This document shows, piece after piece, positions 13,726 through 16,673 of a stretch of 16,673 nt of DNA. The DNA lies in the UHGV virus genome UHGV-0183032. One strand, given 5' to 3'. The notes under the pieces were generated by a model. It was not told where the DNA came from and ran no database searches. It saw only the letters and a list, made by a program, of their open reading frames with translations. The DNA is from a virus. Position numbers and translations under genes: made by a program. The first letter of the stretch is position 1. Each line of letters starts with the position of its first letter.

Positions 13726-13990
13726 CGCTATGATCCTGTAAACAGTCGTTATAGCCTTCAATATATCCGGTTAATCCGGTATTACTCACTGACCATTCAG
13801 CAGAACGGCGCTTGATGGCCTCGTCCATCGTGATTTCACCTTTGCGATGACATCCGGTATCAATGTAACGGTTGACAACTGAAGATAACCGCCCGCGTAG
13901 CTGTTGTGTTCCGGCGTAATGACGGGCCGTTTCCGTCAGATCGTTAACCAACTGGCGGTAAATATGCTCTTTTAATTTAGGCTTCATCAT
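13715..13990 (-). CDS. Hypothetical protein, about 91 aa
   Basis: ATG-ATG at 13990/13987 with GGTGA upstream; the track start at 13999 is GTG. Confidence 0.55.
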   Translation of the reverse strand: MMKPKLKEHIYRQLVNDLTETARHYAGTQQLRGRLSSVVNRYIDTGCHRKGEITMDEAIKRRSAEWSVSNTGLTGYIEGYNDCLQDHSDGK

Positions 13991-14177
13991 CGTCACCACG
14001 CTTGTAAATTTTTACAGGCTTAATAGGGATGGCGGGCAATTCGCCTTCATTTAACGCGCTTGCCATACCCAATATTAAGCGTGCTTCAGCACCAGTGACC
14101 TTCTTACACCATGCGCCGCCTGTTTTATCTTCGAATAAGATAACGGCAAACTGATCGTTTATTTCCAGCTTATCCAT
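13977..14177 (-). CDS. Hypothetical protein, 66 aa
   Basis: ATG 14177 lies 1 nt from the stop of the Q-like gene. Confidence 0.6.
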   Translation of the reverse strand: MDKLEINDQFAVILFEDKTGGAWCKKVTGAEARLILGMASALNEGELPAIPIKPVKIYKRGDDDEA

Positions 14178-14905
14178 TATTCACCCCGTGTCACTCGTTT
14201 GATTTCGCTTTCCGCGCGGGCCTCTTCTTTGAATAGCTCCGCTATGGCGTCTTCATAGAAAACCCGGTATTTCTTCCACCATGTTGATCGGCTTACCGGA
14301 AAAACAAGCTGATTAACCGCCTGCCGGACGAGATCTACCGGGAAACGCGAGTACCCACGCCCGCCGCAATGCTGGCACGTTTTGAATACTGGCATTTCCG
14401 CCGCTTCGCTGGCTGCTTTATCCGGTACTTCGCCACGGCCCTTACACCGCTGGCAATGGTTTTTAACGTAGCCTTTGCCGCCGCACCGTGCGCAAATTGT
14501 TGATGTGTATTTGCAATATGGATTTGGTAAATGCCCGTGACCGCCGCACTTAGGGCAAACTTTTTCGGTCGCTGCACTCTGGCAGTAATCCCGAAACGCG
14601 AAAACGGAAACAAGAATAATAAGATCATTGCGTTGTGCCTCGTTTAACTCCATCACGTATTCGTAATCTTTCGCCATAGCCCTTAAACGCTCTGTAAGCA
14701 AAACTACGGCCCTGTGTTTTTCGGCTTGTGATAGTTCCATCTTCCCTAAAAAAGCGCTATATCCAAGCTCTACGCGCGATTGCGCCATACCCGCAGCGGT
14801 TAGCGCATCCGTCGTATTAAGAGCGTCCGGGGACGTGCCCCGGCTTTCGTCAGATAATCGCGGTGATTTAGGAAAGTGGAATTTTAGAATGGATTCTAAA
14901 TTCAT
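14177..14905 (-). CDS. Putative late-gene antitermination protein Q-like, with four DnaJ-type CxxCxGxG zinc-finger repeats
   Basis: 242 aa with CPKCGGHG, CARCGGKG, CQRCKGRG and CQHCGGRG. Sits after the nin/RusA module, where lambdoid phages carry Q. Family assignment is from memory of Q-type proteins of enterobacterial prophages. Confidence 0.5.
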   Translation of the reverse strand: MNLESILKFHFPKSPRLSDESRGTSPDALNTTDALTAAGMAQSRVELGYSAFLGKMELSQAEKHRAVVLLTERLRAMAKDYEYVMELNEAQRNDLIILVSVFAFRDYCQSAATEKVCPKCGGHGHLPNPYCKYTSTICARCGGKGYVKNHCQRCKGRGEVPDKAASEAAEMPVFKTCQHCGGRGYSRFPVDLVRQAVNQLVFPVSRSTWWKKYRVFYEDAIAELFKEEARAESEIKRVTRGE

Positions 14906-15087
14906 TATTTGCCCTCATAACGTGCCGCCAGACGTTTACGATCAGAAATGGATTGCACCAGCTTTCTTTCGAACTCTTTCAGCGCAAGTAATTCGCGCAT
15001 GTGGAAAGCCTGGATTTGTCGGACCGTCTCTAAATCACGCTCGTCGCGCTGAATATCTATTTGCAGATCTTTAACTTCGTTTTTCAT
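14905..15087 (-). CDS. Hypothetical small coiled-coil protein, 60 aa
   Basis: ATG 15087 overlaps the rusA stop (ATGA); its stop overlaps the Q-like start (TAATG). Confidence 0.55.
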   Translation of the reverse strand: MKNEVKDLQIDIQRDERDLETVRQIQAFHMRELLALKEFERKLVQSISDRKRLAARYEGK

Positions 15088-15491
15088 TGCTCACCCCACA
15101 TATTAGTCGCGTATTCGTCAATATCCGGTAGTAGGTCGCCGCGTTCGCGGATCTTAATAAACAAGCGTCCGCCTTTTACCTTCCGGCAGCGGACAATTTT
15201 TATTGAGTCAATTTGCCCGTCATCCCTCCAGAATCCGGCATAAGTAAGGCTGTCAAAAAGGCATTTAGGGATATTATCCAGATCTCTGATCCGGTTATCC
15301 GGCGGCGCGGCGTAAATGGCAATTGCCAGTCGGCAAGGTAGGTTAATATTTAAATTTAATAGCTCGATGATGTCTCTTACTTGTTCCCTGTATTCCTTCC
15401 CCACTTTGCTGATATAGTGAAAACCGCGCGAATGTCGGTAATAGCGATTATTCGATGGCGGGTAAGGCAGGCTAAAAGAATATTCATTCAT
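15084..15491 (-). CDS. rusA: RusA-family Holliday junction resolvase
   Basis: 135 aa. N-terminus MNEYSFSLPYPPSNNRYYRH and internal RDLDNIPKCLFDSLTYAGFWRDD match the conserved RusA signature. Confidence 0.8.
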   Translation of the reverse strand: MNEYSFSLPYPPSNNRYYRHSRGFHYISKVGKEYREQVRDIIELLNLNINLPCRLAIAIYAAPPDNRIRDLDNIPKCLFDSLTYAGFWRDDGQIDSIKIVRCRKVKGGRLFIKIRERGDLLPDIDEYATNMWGEQ

Positions 15492-16093
15492 GCTGCCTTT
15501 CTCCTTAAGGCGTCCAATTTAGCCTGATAGATGTTTATTAGCTCCTTACATTCTGCGATCGTCCATTTATGCGTATCATTGTTGTTTTCCAGCGCTACCA
15601 CCCTGGCGAGGCCAATTTTTCGAATCAGTGCCGGGCGATACCCTCCTATGTTCCCGTCTAATGTCTGGTTGCAGTGCCTGCATTGTTTATGGCAATTATC
15701 CTCGTTAAAGCGAAGATGTCCGGCGGCGGCTACCGTCCTGTAATGACCTGCATCCCACCCGCATTGCTCACCGTAGTAAGTCCCGCAAGATATACACGGC
15801 AAGCGCGCGTCACGTTCGCGAATATAGGCGTTAAATACATTTTGAACTTGTTTGATCCAATAACTACGCGGATTTAACTGTTTACGCTTCCGGTTGCGTT
15901 CTTCCCTCTGGCTATCACGGCGTTTCTTCCGCTCCATAGCCTTCATAGCCTTCTCACGGTCGCGGCATAACTGATCAAACTTCAGTTCTTCCAGACATTC
16001 ATCGCTGCACCACGTTTGATTGTGATATTTAGGCTCAAAAAAAACGCCGCAGCATTTGCAACGGCGTCTTATGGGTTTTTTAGGGTTTTGCAT
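15488..16093 (-). CDS. ninG: NinG/Rap-like recombination protein
   Basis: Start chosen at ATG 16093 (GGGGTGG 5 nt upstream; track start at 16183 is GTG). RRRCKCCGVFFEP, PRSYWIKQVQNVFNAYIRERDARLPCISCG, WDAGHYRT, LRFNEDNCHKQC and HKWTIAECKEL align with lambda NinG as recalled. Confidence 0.8.
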   Translation of the reverse strand: MQNPKKPIRRRCKCCGVFFEPKYHNQTWCSDECLEELKFDQLCRDREKAMKAMERKKRRDSQREERNRKRKQLNPRSYWIKQVQNVFNAYIRERDARLPCISCGTYYGEQCGWDAGHYRTVAAAGHLRFNEDNCHKQCRHCNQTLDGNIGGYRPALIRKIGLARVVALENNNDTHKWTIAECKELINIYQAKLDALRRKAA

Positions 16094-16107
16094 AAAAACC
16101 ACCCCGA

Positions 16108-16284
16108 TTATTTTTGATTCTCTGTTTCGTTCAGCCTTTCGGCGTGTCCGGCCCTTAGCCAATGTTCTAAGCATTCGTTGCACTCGTTACAGCCTCCCTT
16201 CTTCGTGCTGCATACATTGCACATTGCACGCATGACGCTTTCTCGTTCATAGTCGTCATGCCATTGGTAATTTTCGAAAGACAT
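16108..16284 (-). CDS. Small Cys-rich zinc-ribbon-like protein (NinF-like position), 58 aa
   Basis: Found by hand, codons verified. Cys pattern CNVC-x6-CNECNEC. Sits just upstream of ninG. Preceded by RBS AAAGGAGAG. Confidence 0.5.
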   Translation of the reverse strand: MSFENYQWHDDYERESVMRAMCNVCSTKKGGCNECNECLEHWLRAGHAERLNETENQK

Positions 16285-16360
16285 AATGCTCTCTCCTTTT
16301 CAGGTGATTTCTACGCATTTCAGCGCTGCCGGATTTTTAAAGAGCATTTTGTTTGCTTGA

Positions 16361-16388
16361 AGTATACAAAATGGATACGTCATAACAA
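16361..16388 (-). promoter_or_regulatory. Candidate sigma70 promoter driving the NinF-like/ninG/rusA/Q-like unit
   Basis: Minus strand TTGTTA, 16-nt spacer, TATACT, inside a 159-bp gap; predicted start near 16354. Confidence 0.35.
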
Positions 16389-16405
16389 GACGAAAAGCGC
16401 CATTA

Positions 16406-16420
16406 TGTGATCCACATCAC
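16406..16420. promoter_or_regulatory. Near-consensus CRP-type site (TGTGA-N6-TCACg), flanked by GCGCCATT/ACGCCATTTT repeats
   Basis: TGTGATCCACATCAC matches 9 of 10 core positions. Centred about 60 bp upstream of the predicted start, the same spacing as the 10.4 kb site. Confidence 0.4.
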
Positions 16421-16443
16421 GCAATGACGCCATTTTGTAAACT

Positions 16444-16673
16444 TTAGTCCGGTAAAACGCGGTTGAGCGTAGTACGATTGATGGCCCGGTCGTTAGCCAG
16501 GAATACAGCACGGGCAAAGCCGCGCGGCGTTAGTGAGCGGATCATCTTAGTGCGCTTCGACTTTCCGCCTAACTTCGCGTGCTGCTTACTGTCTTCCCAT
16601 TCATCTGGCATCGGCACAGGCCGGAATAGCGGCTGGGTTAAAACCATCCCCCCCCAAAAAAAATCCAGCAAAA
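16444..16673 (-). CDS. Hypothetical protein, at least 67 aa, with basic C-terminal half; 5' end may lie beyond the window
   Basis: Frame is open to the window edge. First ATG at 16647 is abutted by a G8-T8 homopolymer (minus strand), so the true start is unresolved; the track start at 16671 is TTG. Confidence 0.45.
   Translation of the reverse strand, partial: LLDFFWGGMVLTQPLFRPVPMPDEWEDSKQHAKLGGKSKRTKMIRSLTPRGFARAVFLANDRAINRTTLNRVLPD

Noticed and set aside
11514-13815. Plus-strand ORFs 11514-11813, 12424-12675, 13266-13460, 13498-13815 and minus nested ORF 12405-12617
   Set aside because: Same reasoning: antisense or off-frame within supported genes.
14335-15877. Minus nested ORF 14335-14628 and plus ORFs 14835-15074, 15061-15243, 15531-15743, 15674-15877
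   Set aside because: Inside or antisense to the Q-like, rusA and ninG genes, which are the supported calls.
16036-16067. Terminator-like hairpin plus T8 run on the minus strand (ACGCCG-N12-CGGCGT then TTTTTTTT)
   Set aside because: Lies inside the ninG coding sequence (codons for RRRCKCCGVFFEP) and has a long 12-nt loop; most likely a coding by-product, though an internal attenuator is not excluded.
1-16673. Search for tRNA or rRNA genes, CRISPR repeats, transposase or integrase, and terminal inverted repeats
   Set aside because: No cloverleaf-compatible segments, regularly spaced direct repeats, or integrase/transposase-like ORFs were seen; the window is contiguous phage coding sequence.

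Overview
This window reads as a tailed-phage genome segment, most likely an enterobacterial prophage or phage, with every supportable gene on the minus strand (transcription runs from high to low coordinates). In transcription order: a partial ORF at the window edge; a regulatory gap carrying a near-consensus CRP-type palindrome; a nin-like recombination module (NinF-like zinc ribbon, NinG/Rap-like, RusA resolvase); a Q-like protein with four DnaJ-type CxxCxGxG zinc-finger repeats; a ~6 kb island of about 27 tightly packed, translationally coupled small ORFs (58-121 aa) of unknown function, including tandem paralogs and a second regulatory gap with the same palindrome architecture; a strong intrinsic terminator directly upstream of a lysis cassette (two-TM holin, SAR endolysin, Rz with embedded Rz1); a 279-bp noncoding gap; a 180-aa HExxH protein; an array of nine micro-ORFs (20-36 aa) each encoding one hydrophobic helix; terminase small and large subunits; portal; Mu F/SPP1 gp7-like head morphogenesis protein; and the start of the next head gene. 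The ORF track labels TTG/GTG starts as M, so several starts were re-picked at ATG codons with Shine-Dalgarno support. No tRNA, rRNA, CRISPR array or transposase was seen. The best candidates for something undescribed are the micro-ORF array with its adjacent HExxH protein, the paralogous small-protein families in the island, and the twin CRP-type sites at about -60 of two predicted promoters. All functional assignments are from reading the sequence, with no database search run.
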